This document shows, piece after piece, positions 40,772-50,648 of a stretch of 64,000 bases of DNA; position 1 is the stretch's first letter; each line of letters begins with the position of its first letter. This DNA comes from Coleofasciculus sp. B1-GNL1-01. Lineage in GTDB: Bacteria; Cyanobacteriota; Cyanobacteriia; Cyanobacteriales; Coleofasciculaceae. Where the stretch lies: NCBI GenBank assembly GCA_040220235.1, contig JAVJTO010000075.1, one strand, 5' to 3'. The notes under the pieces were generated by a model. It saw only the letters and a list, made by a program, of their open reading frames with translations. It did not search any database and was not told the DNA's origin. Both the position numbers and the translations under genes were made by a program.

Positions 40772-41095
40772 TTAACGCCACAGCTTATTTTCTAGATCCC
40801 GCACTTGACGTTCCAACCTATCAATGCGCCCCCGCAATTCATCCACTTCTGTTTGCCGAGGCACACCTAACTCCTGCAACAGATGCCGTAGCTGTCGTTC
40901 CATGTTGACTTCAAAGTTACCTTGTTCCGATTTGATCTGCTGCACCATATCATCAACGAATCCTTGGGCTTGCTCTGGATTAATTTTTCCATCTTTGACC
41001 CATTCATCGCTAACTTCTCGTAGTTTGTCTGCAACCATTGACGTTGTGCCTACACCAACCATCAATAACTGCTTCAGCCAATCTCTATTATCCAT
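40772..41095 (-). CDS. Phasin-like (PHA granule-associated family) protein
   Basis: LLMVGVG...WVKDG, EVDELRGRIDRLE. Start ATG 41095. Confidence 0.7.
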   Translation of the reverse strand: MDNRDWLKQLLMVGVGTTSMVADKLREVSDEWVKDGKINPEQAQGFVDDMVQQIKSEQGNFEVNMERQLRHLLQELGVPRQTEVDELRGRIDRLERQVRDLENKLWR

Positions 41096-41300
41096 ACGCT
41101 GTTCCTGTAACTCGGTGCTAACCCCAGGATAGGGGAAGGGAGGTTGATTCCAACCCCCAGTTCCATTTTGTGCTATCTTGCCCACAACTGCTGCCGTATT
41201 TACCCGCCCTTCTAGAGAGGCAGGGGCAGAGAAACGTCTATCTGTGACTTGAACTTGGTATGATTCAACCGTTTGCCCAGTAACCGATCAAGCGTTTTAT

Positions 41301-41615
41301 ATGGTAATTGAGTATCTTAAAATGAGAGTCTCGCCCGAACGTCGAGAAACCTTTATTCAGAAAGATGCCGAAATCTGGACACCAATGCTGGCTCGCTGTC
41401 CCGGATTTATCAGCAAAGAAGTCTGGATTGAGCCAGAAACACCCACCGAAGTCATCCTGATCATTCGTTGGACAAGCCGCGAACAGTGGAAAGCCATTCC
41501 CCAAGAGCAGTTGGATAAAACCCAACAGCAGTTCGAGCAAGAGTTTGGCAACGATTCTCAGATGATTCAGACGAGTGAATATCAAGTGAGAAAATTTCCC
41601 CAAACACCCAGCTAA
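41301..41615 (+). CDS. TIGR03792-type cyanobacterial protein (ABM/dimeric barrel-like)
   Basis: MVIEYLK...D.EIWT..L...PGF..KEVW...W.SREQWKAIP. Confidence 0.75.
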   Translation: MVIEYLKMRVSPERRETFIQKDAEIWTPMLARCPGFISKEVWIEPETPTEVILIIRWTSREQWKAIPQEQLDKTQQQFEQEFGNDSQMIQTSEYQVRKFPQTPS

Positions 41616-41627
41616 CGTTTAGACCTG

Positions 41628-41999
41628 ATGTCCAATTGTCCCCGTTGCCATCAATCTATCAGTAATCAAGAAATTACTTGTCCTCATTGCGGCATGATTC
41701 TCAAAGCCTACGGTCATCCGGGTATTACGTTACACCGAGCCGTGGAAGAGGAGTATTTGTGTCAAACCTGTCTCTATCATGCTGATGATACTTGTACGTT
41801 TCCTCAACGTCCTTATGCTAAGGAATGTACCCTTTACACGGATAAAGACCAGTCTCCGCTCGAACCTGAACCGATTTATATGCCGCGTCGTAGCCCCTTA
41901 CAAGCGGCAAAATTGTGGTGTCAGCGTCACCCAGCCGTAGTTGGGTTACTGGGATTGGTTGGGGTTAGTATTGGGTTTACCTTACTCTCTAACTCCTGA
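41628..41999 (+). CDS. Zinc-ribbon protein with C-terminal TM segment
   Basis: CPRC..CPHC, C..C.YH.DD.C..P.RP....CTLY, hydrophobic tail. Confidence 0.75.
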   Translation: MSNCPRCHQSISNQEITCPHCGMILKAYGHPGITLHRAVEEEYLCQTCLYHADDTCTFPQRPYAKECTLYTDKDQSPLEPEPIYMPRRSPLQAAKLWCQRHPAVVGLLGLVGVSIGFTLLSNS

Positions 42000-42039
42000 T
42001 AAGCTGTCACGCATTTAATTTAATCGCCGTTCAACAAAA

Positions 42040-42111
42040 ATGGAATTAGATTTTTTGAGGTTCTTTAATGCTTGTGATCCAAGTAAAACGCTCGCGAGTA
42101 CCGCTTCTTGA
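42040..42111 (+). pseudogene. N-terminal remnant of a cyanobacterial P-loop ATPase gene
   Basis: MELDFLRFFNACDPSKTLASTAS* resembles the M.LD...F..AC.PS.TL start of a cyanobacterial ATPase family (recalled, not searched); preceded by a MITE end TAAGCTGTCACGCATTTAA at 42000. Confidence 0.4.
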
Positions 42112-42179
42112 TACAATTGTCCTAGTTCCGGGCTATCCGATTCTTGTGCCATCCGAATTGTCATATAATCGGTGAAACG

Positions 42180-44186
42180 TTACGTCAAAGACGCGGCTGT
42201 CTCGTCCGTCTCGGTTGAGAGTAAGTGGTCTTCTGTTGTCAGTAAGTGGTCTTCTGAAGACTGCTCAATTGATTGATCTTTTTCGGTACACACATCCAAA
42301 TTAAACCAGAAGGTTGTACCAATCCCCACTTCACTAACTAAATAGACCCGACTGTGATGTTTCTCAACAATATTGCGGACAATGGAAAGCCCTAAACCCG
42401 TCCCTTCCAGGGTATGAACTCGATTCTCGACGCGGAAAAATCGATCAAAAATGTTGTTTTGATCCTCCCAATCAATCCCAATTCCTGTATCGGAGATTTC
42501 CACTCGAACCTGGGGAATTTCATCCGGATGATGGGGATTGGGTTCTAGGGGATAGGCACGAATCACAACTCGTCCACCGGATTCTGTGAATTTCAGGGCG
42601 TTACCTACTAAGTTATCAAAGACTTGCAGCAATAAGTCATAATGCCCTAACACGGGAGGCAAGTGAGGCGCTATTTCCTGTACCAGTTCAATCCCTTTAT
42701 CCTTGGCATTAAGCTGGTAGGTGCGGAGAGTTTGCTCCACGGGTCCAGCAATATCTACGGGTTCAAAATGATAAATACGACAGGATGTTTCCAGTCTCGA
42801 CAAATCCAAAACATCGTTAACCAAACGAGTTAAACGATCCGTTTCCCGATTCGCCGTTTCTAGAAATTCTTGCCGTTCGACTTCAGTTAAATCTTCGCCG
42901 TATTCGTGTAGGGTTTCGATGAATGATTTGATGTTAAATAACGGCGTTCTCAGTTCGTGAGACACATTACTGATAAATTGGCTCTTTGCCTCATTCAGTT
43001 CCACCTCACGGGTAATATCCTGCACCGTCATGGCAATGCCTTTGATACTCTCGCGGTATTGGTCAAACACCCGCGTCAATAGAATTCGCACAGTACGGGG
43101 TGTGGGTTCACTCAGCGTAATACGGAACTCCTCCCCTTCCCGTTCCGCCGCCGTTTCGCCGCTAGCAATTTGATACAGGGGGCGGGTTAGTTCAGAGGTA
43201 ACCACTGAGGGGAGATGATGCAGTACGTTTTCACCAACCAGGGTATGTCCATCCCAGCCAAAAATACGCCGCGCCGTCGGGTTGACCAAAATCACGTTCA
43301 ATGTGGTATCGATTAATACAGCACCATCCGCGATCGTAGACACCAAGGTTTCCAGTTTGGCTTTTTCTGCGGTCAATTCCTCAATATTTTGTTCCTCATA
43401 ACGCTCTAAGCGTTCTGCCATATCGTTGAAACTGGAAATCAGTTCTCCCAGTTCTCCGCCTAGGGGTAAGTCAATGCGCTGCTTGAAGTTCCCAGCGGCA
43501 ATATTTTTAACCCCCGTGAGCAGTTCTTTAATCGGTTGGGTAATTGTCAAGGCATTAAATACAGCGCCCAGAATCACCATTACCCAAATTGAGATAAACA
43601 CAGCAATGGTGACATCCCGGGTCAAATTCGAGGAGGCGACAACGGTGGGATTGGGGTTAATGCCAATGGCTAAAACACCGAGATAGTTCCCTTCATGGGT
43701 GAGGGGGACAAAAACATCCGTCACTTCCCCATCTGGGGTGACATGCTGCCGAACCATGGGCAAGTCGGAGTTTTTGGCATAGTCTTCGGGAAGCTGAATC
43801 CGGCGTCGAATAGAGAGAGAATTGTGGACTTCCGATTCAGAAAAGGGGATGCCGAAGAAAATTCTGCCATCCTCATCCGCATAGATCATATAGCGCACGC
43901 TAGAGGTACTGCTATAAAAACGGTGAGAAAAGCGAGCGACTTCGGTGAGATTGTTTTCAGCAATCTGAGGGGCGACATTCGCCGCCAACAGTAGACCCAA
44001 ATCCCGACCAAAACGAGTGTCGTTCACCCGGGCGTCTTGTTGAATCGTGTTGACTGCCCAAAAGGTCAAGCCACTCATAATCAGGGAGACGGCTAAGGTC
44101 GCCGCCGCCATTAGTCGGGTCTGGAGAGTAAACTCCGACCACCATCGTCCCAGTATTTCTCGGAAGGTTTTCAGCAAAGCCAGCAA
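42180..44186 (-). CDS. nblS: Sensor histidine kinase NblS/Hik33 (HAMP-PAS-HisKA-HATPase)
   Basis: WWSEFTLQTRLMAAATL, DTRFGRDLGLLLAANV, SHELRTPLFNIKSFIETL, FFRVENRVHTLEGTGLGL. Confidence 0.95.
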   Translation of the reverse strand: MLALLKTFREILGRWWSEFTLQTRLMAAATLAVSLIMSGLTFWAVNTIQQDARVNDTRFGRDLGLLLAANVAPQIAENNLTEVARFSHRFYSSTSSVRYMIYADEDGRIFFGIPFSESEVHNSLSIRRRIQLPEDYAKNSDLPMVRQHVTPDGEVTDVFVPLTHEGNYLGVLAIGINPNPTVVASSNLTRDVTIAVFISIWVMVILGAVFNALTITQPIKELLTGVKNIAAGNFKQRIDLPLGGELGELISSFNDMAERLERYEEQNIEELTAEKAKLETLVSTIADGAVLIDTTLNVILVNPTARRIFGWDGHTLVGENVLHHLPSVVTSELTRPLYQIASGETAAEREGEEFRITLSEPTPRTVRILLTRVFDQYRESIKGIAMTVQDITREVELNEAKSQFISNVSHELRTPLFNIKSFIETLHEYGEDLTEVERQEFLETANRETDRLTRLVNDVLDLSRLETSCRIYHFEPVDIAGPVEQTLRTYQLNAKDKGIELVQEIAPHLPPVLGHYDLLLQVFDNLVGNALKFTESGGRVVIRAYPLEPNPHHPDEIPQVRVEISDTGIGIDWEDQNNIFDRFFRVENRVHTLEGTGLGLSIVRNIVEKHHSRVYLVSEVGIGTTFWFNLDVCTEKDQSIEQSSEDHLLTTEDHLLSTETDETAASLT

Positions 44187-44256
44187 AATGGGTTGATCAG
44201 CATTAAACGGAAACGTTCTCTTAATGTATCTTAATTCTGTGACATACTCCCGACGC

Positions 44257-45540
44257 TCATCCTACGGATAGAGCGCGGGCTTCTCCATCCCGTTCCCGAG
44301 ACTTCGCGTTTTTGAGTGAGGCGATGCCCAACCCCACTTTTTTGATTAAAATACCTGAACACAGATCTCGTGGCATAGAAGCACCGCAATGAGGGCATTC
44401 ATGCCACCGATCAGATAGAGATTTAGAAACCCGGTTTAAGCAAATTGCACAATGTTGAGATGTACCCGCAGGATTTACCTTGACAATCTGCTTACCAGCT
44501 TTTTCAGCTTTGTCAGACAAGATATCGTTGAGGAATTCCGCTATCCCCGCATCAGCAAAGCTTTTATTCAAGCCTGACTTTTGAGATTGCCGATTGGGAA
44601 GGAAGTTGCCTTGTTCATCTTGTTTGGGCTTATTGCGCCGATTCATATTGGAGATTTTGAGGTCTTCGACAAAAACCACATCAGCCTTGTTTAGTAGTTC
44701 TCCGGCTAACTCGTAATGCCATTGCCTACGCTGTCTGGCAATACGTTGATGAAGTCTAGCTAGACGCTGATTCAGTTTACGCCTAGCTCTGGTCCCTTTT
44801 GCTCTTAATTCCCTTTTGACTTGAAGTTGGGCGAGCTTGTCTTCAGCTTGGCGATAAAACTTTGGAGGTTCAACTAAAGTCCCGTCAGAACAAGCAGCAA
44901 AATATTCCAGCCCTGCATCCACACCAATACTATTCTCTTCTGTTGGCTGAATGTCTCTTGTCGGAGTATCAGGCACAGACTTGTCTGAGAGAGTTAAGGT
45001 GACATACCAGCCATCAGCTTTTTTGGTAATTAGCGCTCGTTTAACCACAAAACCATCCGGTGTTGGTCGGTGTTGGATGAACTTAATAGCTCCCATCTTT
45101 GGGAGAACAATTCGATTCCCTTGTATGCACTCAGACTTAATGGAAGGGAAAGCCATCGTTCGATAACGATTCTTCCCCTTAAATCGAGGCTTGCCACTAC
45201 GCTTTCCCTTGCTATCGCCTCCTATAAATCGTTTGAAGGCTAAATCGACCCGCTTCACTACATCCTGAAGTACATGAGCATGGATGTCTTTATACCAAGG
45301 ACGTTCCTGCTTTAGCTGTACCAAAGAACGTTTTTGCCCGTAGTATTCTGGCTGTTCTTTTGGTTGAGCAATACTGCAAGTTAGAAAGCAAGCGTTGATT
45401 GGACTACGGTTCATTTCCCACCAGTCGAATCTTTCCGCCAATAGCCAGTTGTACTGGTAGCGCAACATATCGAGCCAACGAGTCAAACGACATCGCTGTT
45501 CGTATGTAGGCTTAAGACGGTATTGATAGGAGGTAATCAT
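44257..45540 (-). CDS. tnpB: TnpB RNA-guided endonuclease (IS200/IS605, IS1341-like), apparently intact
   Basis: YQYRLKPT, RuvC residues IGVDAG / VFVEDL / PRD, zinc finger TSQHCAIC..HECPHCG. No tnpA nearby. Confidence 0.93.
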   Translation of the reverse strand: MITSYQYRLKPTYEQRCRLTRWLDMLRYQYNWLLAERFDWWEMNRSPINACFLTCSIAQPKEQPEYYGQKRSLVQLKQERPWYKDIHAHVLQDVVKRVDLAFKRFIGGDSKGKRSGKPRFKGKNRYRTMAFPSIKSECIQGNRIVLPKMGAIKFIQHRPTPDGFVVKRALITKKADGWYVTLTLSDKSVPDTPTRDIQPTEENSIGVDAGLEYFAACSDGTLVEPPKFYRQAEDKLAQLQVKRELRAKGTRARRKLNQRLARLHQRIARQRRQWHYELAGELLNKADVVFVEDLKISNMNRRNKPKQDEQGNFLPNRQSQKSGLNKSFADAGIAEFLNDILSDKAEKAGKQIVKVNPAGTSQHCAICLNRVSKSLSDRWHECPHCGASMPRDLCSGILIKKVGLGIASLKNAKSRERDGEARALSVG

Positions 45541-45590
45541 CGCTTTGTTTAGTCTGCTAAAATTAGCGTAGCACATATTAGCTACGTTGA

Positions 45591-45791
45591 TTAAATGGTT
45601 CTTTGATAGGTTTTTACAGAACTGCCCCGAGGAGAATATAATATGATAATTTCTTCACCAATCTCTTCACTGGGAAGCAAGTATTTTGATTCAATCAATC
45701 CATCGATTTTTGTCCGAGCCTCTAATAACTGGTCTAGAGAAAGGGCATCCAGTTGTTGAATAATTTCGTCTAGGGGTTTCGTTTCTCTCAT
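45591..45791 (-). CDS. Small hypothetical protein (possible cargo or remnant)
   Basis: MRETKPLDEIIQQLDALSLDQLLEARTKIDGLIESK amphipathic helices; 50 bp upstream of tnpB on the same strand. Confidence 0.45.
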   Translation of the reverse strand: MRETKPLDEIIQQLDALSLDQLLEARTKIDGLIESKYLLPSEEIGEEIIILYSPRGSSVKTYQRTI

Positions 45792-45905
45792 AACGGCAAG
45801 CACGACTCGACTCTCTCTATCCTAACCGGGACTGGGTTTTGTCAATGCGTAAGTTCTAACCAAGGACAAATGACGAATGACATAAGACATAAGACATAAG
45901 ACAAA

Positions 45906-47171
45906 TTAGGTTTGAGTGAAGCGATGACCAATATCTTTACGATAGTACATTCCCTCAAACTCAATACAGTCTATCGCCCGATAAGTGGCGGCGATCGCAC
46001 TCTCTAAGGTTTCTCCAGTTGCTGACACCGCTAACACGCGCCCACCATCGGTTAGCATCTGTTCCTGTTTAAACTGAGTTCCCGCACAAAATACCGTAGC
46101 CCCCCGTTCCTGGGCTTGTTCAATCCCATTAATAACATGACCCTTCTGATACGCCTCTGGATATCCTTGAGCCGCCGCCACCACACAAGCCGCCGCCCCA
46201 GGATGCCAGCTAATTGAGGGCAATTCTGCCAGTTTCCGCCCAGTACACGCCAAGAGTAACTCGTGCAGGGGCGTTTCCAACAACGGTAAAATCGCTTGAG
46301 TTTCTGGGTCACCAAAGCGACAATTAAACTCCAGAACCGTGGGATCACCTTGAGGCGTAATCATTAATCCGGCGTAGAGAACCCCCCGATAGTCAATTCC
46401 TCGTTCCTGCAACGCCTTAACTGTGGGTTGGAGAATGTCTTGCTCAATCCGTGCCATCAAGCTAGGATTCACCAGGGGAGAGGGAGCAAACGCGCCCATT
46501 CCTCCTGTATTTGGTCCTGTATCACCTTCACCAATCCGTTTATGGTCTTGAGCGGGTAATAAGGGACGAATCGTGATGCCATCGGTTAGTGCCAAGACAG
46601 AAACTTCTTGACCCGTGACGCATTCTTCGATGACCACGGCATTAAACTTATTCTTAAACAAGAACTCAACCGCCGCTATTGCTTCTTCAATGGTTTGAGC
46701 TACCGTAACCCCTTTTCCGGCTGCCAAACCATCTGCCTTGACGACAATTGGGGCATCTTGCTCTTTCAGGTATGCGATCGCTTCATCCTTATCGGCAAAC
46801 ATAGCAAACGCCGGAGTGGGAACGCCAGCCGACTGCATCAACGTTTTTGCCCAAGCTTTACTCGATTCAATTTGGGCACCCGCTTGAGTGGGACCAAAAA
46901 CCACCAAATTTTGACGACGCAGGTAGTCGGTAATCCCCAATGCCAACGGCAGTTCCGGACCCACAACCACTAACGAAATATTATGAACCAAAGCAAACCG
47001 AGCAATTCCGGCAAAGTCATCCACTCGTAAAGACAGATTCTGACACTGTGGATTTGTCGCTGTACCCCCATTGCCAGGAACACAGATTACTTGTTTAATG
47101 CGTTGAGATTGCAACAGTTTACAGGCGAGGGCGTGTTCGCGTCCCCCATTGCCAACCACCAAAATCTTCAC
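45906..47171 (-). CDS. purD: Phosphoribosylamine-glycine ligase
   Basis: KILVVGNGGREHAL, VVKADGLAAGKGV, QDHKR..GD.GPNTGGMGA, EFNCRFGDPETQ. GTG start 47171. Confidence 0.97.
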   Translation of the reverse strand: MKILVVGNGGREHALACKLLQSQRIKQVICVPGNGGTATNPQCQNLSLRVDDFAGIARFALVHNISLVVVGPELPLALGITDYLRRQNLVVFGPTQAGAQIESSKAWAKTLMQSAGVPTPAFAMFADKDEAIAYLKEQDAPIVVKADGLAAGKGVTVAQTIEEAIAAVEFLFKNKFNAVVIEECVTGQEVSVLALTDGITIRPLLPAQDHKRIGEGDTGPNTGGMGAFAPSPLVNPSLMARIEQDILQPTVKALQERGIDYRGVLYAGLMITPQGDPTVLEFNCRFGDPETQAILPLLETPLHELLLACTGRKLAELPSISWHPGAAACVVAAAQGYPEAYQKGHVINGIEQAQERGATVFCAGTQFKQEQMLTDGGRVLAVSATGETLESAIAATYRAIDCIEFEGMYYRKDIGHRFTQT

Positions 47172-47421
47172 GTTAGCCTCGCGCTCCCGAAGAAATGAAC
47201 GATAAAGTATACACTGCCATAAAGCAGGTGGTACTACGGATGCCGTTGTACCCAATGAGTGTGTGTGTTGAGCAAATGCCCTCTATTATGCCATGGGATG
47301 TCCCCTGATAAGGTGTGGGGGAGATGAGGGAGATGGGGGAGCTGGGGGAGCTGGGGGAGATGAGGAAGCAAACCCATGACAAATGACATAAGACGTAGCT
47401 TGCTTCTCAAGGGAGCGAGTA

Positions 47422-47545
47422 AGCTGTTCGGCATTTAAACCTTAATGTCAATAAGGGTGAAAGCCTTGTAGTGCGTTTAGCGAAGCCATGCCGCAGGCTT
47501 TGCATCTTGCTCGCTACTAATACCCAATTTAAATGCATAACAGCT
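47422..47545. mobile_element. ~125-bp MITE with TA target duplication (copy 1)
   Basis: TA|AGCTGTTCGGCATTTAAA...TTTAAATGCATAACAGCT|TA terminal inverted repeats; near-identical copy at 49410-49533. Confidence 0.8.
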
Positions 47546-47571
47546 TATGACGAATGACAAATGACGAATAA

Positions 47572-48999
47572 CTATCCTTTTTGCTGCTGATAGCGCTGTT
47601 TAAATTCTTTCTGTCGCTTTTTGTGATCGACAATAGGTTCAGGATAGCCACAACTCGACCGTTCATCCGCCGGAATTTTTCCCGTCACCAAGTCTTTAGT
47701 ATCCAGTGAACTCAACTCCGGTAACCATTGGCGAATATACTCCCCATCCGGGTCATATTTTTGTGCCTGACTAGCGGGATTAAAAATTCGCAAGGGTTTC
47801 GGGTCCATCCCACTGGATGCACTCCATTGCCAGCCGCCATTATTAGCCGCTAAGTCACCATCATATAACGTTTGCATAAAATATGTTTCGCCCCATTGCC
47901 AATTAATAATTAGGTCTTTCGTTAAAAAACTGGCAACAATCATTCGACAACGGTTATGCATCCATCCGGTTTGATTTAATTGGCGCATGGCAGCATCAAC
48001 AATCGGATAACCCGTTCTGCCTTCACACCAGGCTTGAAACAGGGTTTGATTATTGTCCCAGGGGAAATTTTCAAAGGTATCGCGATAGGGTCCGGAGGCT
48101 AATTCAGGAAAGAAATAAAGGGCGTGTTGATAGAATTCTCGCCAAGCTAATTCCTGTTGCCAGGTTTGAATACCATCACGAGTTTCATCGCTACGGCTAC
48201 GTTCTATCGCTGTTTGTGTCGCTTGCCAAACTGTGCGAATTCCGATCGCCCCAAATTTGAGGGCGGCGCTGAGTCGGGATGTACCATCAATGGCGGGGAG
48301 ATTGCGTTGGTGTTGGTAGTCGTCAATGGCGCGATCGCAAAATTCCTCTAGTCTCTCCTGGGCGGCTTTCTCTCCCGGTTCTAGCATTAGTGAATTGTCC
48401 CAGGTAAACCCTAATTCTTTAGCGGTAGGTAACTCCATTACGCCAACTTTCTTAACCACATCCTGTTCTGTTTCGGTAAGTCCTTCCCCATTTTTTAAGG
48501 ATTCAGCGGGGGCGGCTTTGGCTTGGTCTTTCCAGTTTTTCCAGAATGGGGTATAAACTTTGTAAGGATTGCCGGAATTGGTGCGAATTTCTCCGGGGGC
48601 ATGTAAGAGTTGATCCCAGAATGATTCAACCGCAATTCCTTTTTCTTCTAGGGCATCTTGTACCGTGCGATCGCGCGTTTGGGCATAAGGTTCCACATCA
48701 CGATTCCAGACTACCGCTTTGGCGTTGAGGGCGTCAGCTAGGGCGGGAATTCCTTGACTGGCGTTTTGATGCAGGATTAACAATTGACTCCCAGCTTCAG
48801 CGTAGCGTTGTTGTAACTCCTGTAAGCAGCCAATCATGTACGTGACTCGTGCTGGGGCGATATCATCCCGTTCTAAGATATCTGGGTCAAGACAAAAAAC
48901 TCCTATCACCTTCTGGGTTTTTTGGCAAGCCGCAGCCAGACCAATATTATCAGAAATTCGTAAATCACGGCGATGCCAGAAGAGAATCAGATCAGTCAT
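47572..48999 (-). CDS. phrA: Class I CPD DNA photolyase
   Basis: [63 protein letters not shown]. Confidence 0.95.
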   Translation of the reverse strand: MTDLILFWHRRDLRISDNIGLAAACQKTQKVIGVFCLDPDILERDDIAPARVTYMIGCLQELQQRYAEAGSQLLILHQNASQGIPALADALNAKAVVWNRDVEPYAQTRDRTVQDALEEKGIAVESFWDQLLHAPGEIRTNSGNPYKVYTPFWKNWKDQAKAAPAESLKNGEGLTETEQDVVKKVGVMELPTAKELGFTWDNSLMLEPGEKAAQERLEEFCDRAIDDYQHQRNLPAIDGTSRLSAALKFGAIGIRTVWQATQTAIERSRSDETRDGIQTWQQELAWREFYQHALYFFPELASGPYRDTFENFPWDNNQTLFQAWCEGRTGYPIVDAAMRQLNQTGWMHNRCRMIVASFLTKDLIINWQWGETYFMQTLYDGDLAANNGGWQWSASSGMDPKPLRIFNPASQAQKYDPDGEYIRQWLPELSSLDTKDLVTGKIPADERSSCGYPEPIVDHKKRQKEFKQRYQQQKG

Positions 49000-49019
49000 G
49001 AATGATGAAATTTGAATTG

Positions 49020-49372
49020 GTAGGGGCGGGTTTTGCCTTTCTGGTTTCGCTGTTAATTATAACGTTTGATGTCCTAATGACCCCGGCGACTGCTATAATT
49101 TCTTAGTTTCAGGTAGTTTATAATGGGAATAAAGCAGAGGGCAGAAGTAAGTTGTAGGTTGGGTTGACGCCAGGAAACCCAACCAAATAGGGCTAAAGCC
49201 CTTACTACGAACCCAATCATCAAGCACCAAATTAAGATAATATCTTTTCCGTTCAGGTTGTAAAGACGTTGCAAGTAACGTCTCTACAATGTTCGCCACA
49301 CAACCCTATTGTGTAACCTAACTGTTAGCATAAGATACAGGTTGGATAGGGCGCACGTCCGTGCGCCCCTAA
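49020..49372. repeat. Cluster of GTAG-type REP hairpins upstream of phrA
   Basis: GTAGGGGCGGGTTT, GTAGGTTGGGTTGA..AACCCAAC (similar unit near 55136), GTAAAGACGTTGC..AACGTCTCTAC, GGGCGCACGTCCGTGCGCCC. Confidence 0.65.
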
Positions 49373-49409
49373 GGTTTCCCGGATATCTTCAAAAACAATT
49401 AACCCACTA

Positions 49410-49533
49410 AGCTGTTCGGCATTTAAACCTTAATATCAATAACGGCGAAAGCCTTGTAGTGCGTTTAGCGAAGCCATGCCGAAGGCTTTGCATCTTGCTC
49501 GCTACTAATACCCAATTTAAATGCATGACAGCT
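49410..49533. mobile_element. ~125-bp MITE (copy 2), ending at the NUDIX stop codon
   Basis: Same TIRs and orientation as copy 1; the terminal TTA (49533-49535) is the NUDIX stop on the minus strand. Confidence 0.8.
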
Positions 49534-50084
49534 TATTGCTGCAAAAACGGACGCGCTAGGTAAAAGCTACAAATCGATTTCGCATCAACCGCATCCCCCC
49601 CATGAATTGCTTTTTCTAATTGTTCAGGTGTCATCAACACCGTTTCTAAATCTTCATCCATATCCAATCCTGGCGGTGTCTGCAATTTCTCTAAATCTTG
49701 CGCTAGAAATGCGTAAATATATTCATCAGAATATCCTGGTGCTAAGGGAAAACTCCCCAAAGATTGCCAACGGTGCGCCCGATATCCAATTTCTTCCTCG
49801 ATTTCCCGTTGGATTGTGGTTTCAGGATCTTCTAAAGGTTCCACAGTACCCGCCGGAAACTCTAATAACCGCCGTTGTACGGTAAACCGATATTGACGCA
49901 CGAGAACCAGTTTCCCTTCTGGGGTAACCGGAACCGCTAGCGCCCCACCGGGGTGACGAACGCATTCCCAGTCGCCTTTAGCTTGGTTGGGAAGACGCAG
50001 GTGATTAACTTCAAAGTTAAATTTGCGTCCCTGATAAACAAAGCGTTGTCTGAGTAGTTGAGGGGGTTCTTGACCTTGAGGCAT
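49533..50084 (-). CDS. NUDIX hydrolase (ADP-ribose pyrophosphatase-like)
   Basis: HPGG, LVRQYR, EFPAG..E.......REIEEEIG. Confidence 0.9.
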   Translation of the reverse strand: MPQGQEPPQLLRQRFVYQGRKFNFEVNHLRLPNQAKGDWECVRHPGGALAVPVTPEGKLVLVRQYRFTVQRRLLEFPAGTVEPLEDPETTIQREIEEEIGYRAHRWQSLGSFPLAPGYSDEYIYAFLAQDLEKLQTPPGLDMDEDLETVLMTPEQLEKAIHGGDAVDAKSICSFYLARPFLQQ

Positions 50085-50090
50085 GTCTAA

Positions 50091-50576
50091 CTATACGGGG
50101 TGAACTCCAGAACAGTCTACCCTTTGTACGAGTTTTGCGATCGCACATCCGGATGTTGGTTCGATCCAGTCGGGGGCAATTTCGGCTAAAGGAACCAGGA
50201 CAAAGGCTCGTTCCGTCATCCGGGGGTGGGGGATTTGTAGGGTAGGAGTGTCTATTATTAAATTATCGAATAATAAGATATCTAAGTCTAGGGTTCTCGG
50301 TCCCCATCTTTCCCGCCGTTCTCGCCCGAATTGGTTTTCGATGCTGAGAAGGGTTTGTAACAAATCGTGGGGGGTTAGCTGTACCTCTAGAATCACACAA
50401 CCATTGAGATAATCTGGCTGCGGTGGACCCACGGGGGCGGTTCGATACCAGCTAGACTGAGACGTGACCGTGATACCGGGAGTTTTCGCTAACATGACTA
50501 TAGCCGCCTCTAAGATGGCACGGGAATCCCCCAAGTTGCTACCTAGTGCGATCGCCGATGGTTGAGAGTGTGACAC
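50091..50576 (-). CDS. folK: 2-amino-4-hydroxy-6-hydroxymethyldihydropteridine diphosphokinase
   Basis: IALGSNLGD, QPDYLN, RWGPRTLDLDIL, PHPRM.ERAFVLVPL. Confidence 0.96.
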   Translation of the reverse strand: MSHSQPSAIALGSNLGDSRAILEAAIVMLAKTPGITVTSQSSWYRTAPVGPPQPDYLNGCVILEVQLTPHDLLQTLLSIENQFGRERRERWGPRTLDLDILLFDNLIIDTPTLQIPHPRMTERAFVLVPLAEIAPDWIEPTSGCAIAKLVQRVDCSGVHPV

Positions 50577-50648
50577 GAGACGCCCCTGCTGTTGAGTTTA
50601 TAGATTACCAGAGAATCGACAAAATTTTTGCCGCGATCGGATAAATTA

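Larger units (their letters stand above)
44239..45840 (-). mobile_element. Non-autonomous IS605-type element between purD and nblS (left boundary tentative)
   Basis: Right-end hairpin CCCGCGCTC..GAGCGTCGGG followed by AGTATGTCAC ending at 44239; candidate TAM TTGAC on the minus strand at 45841-45845. Confidence 0.55.
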
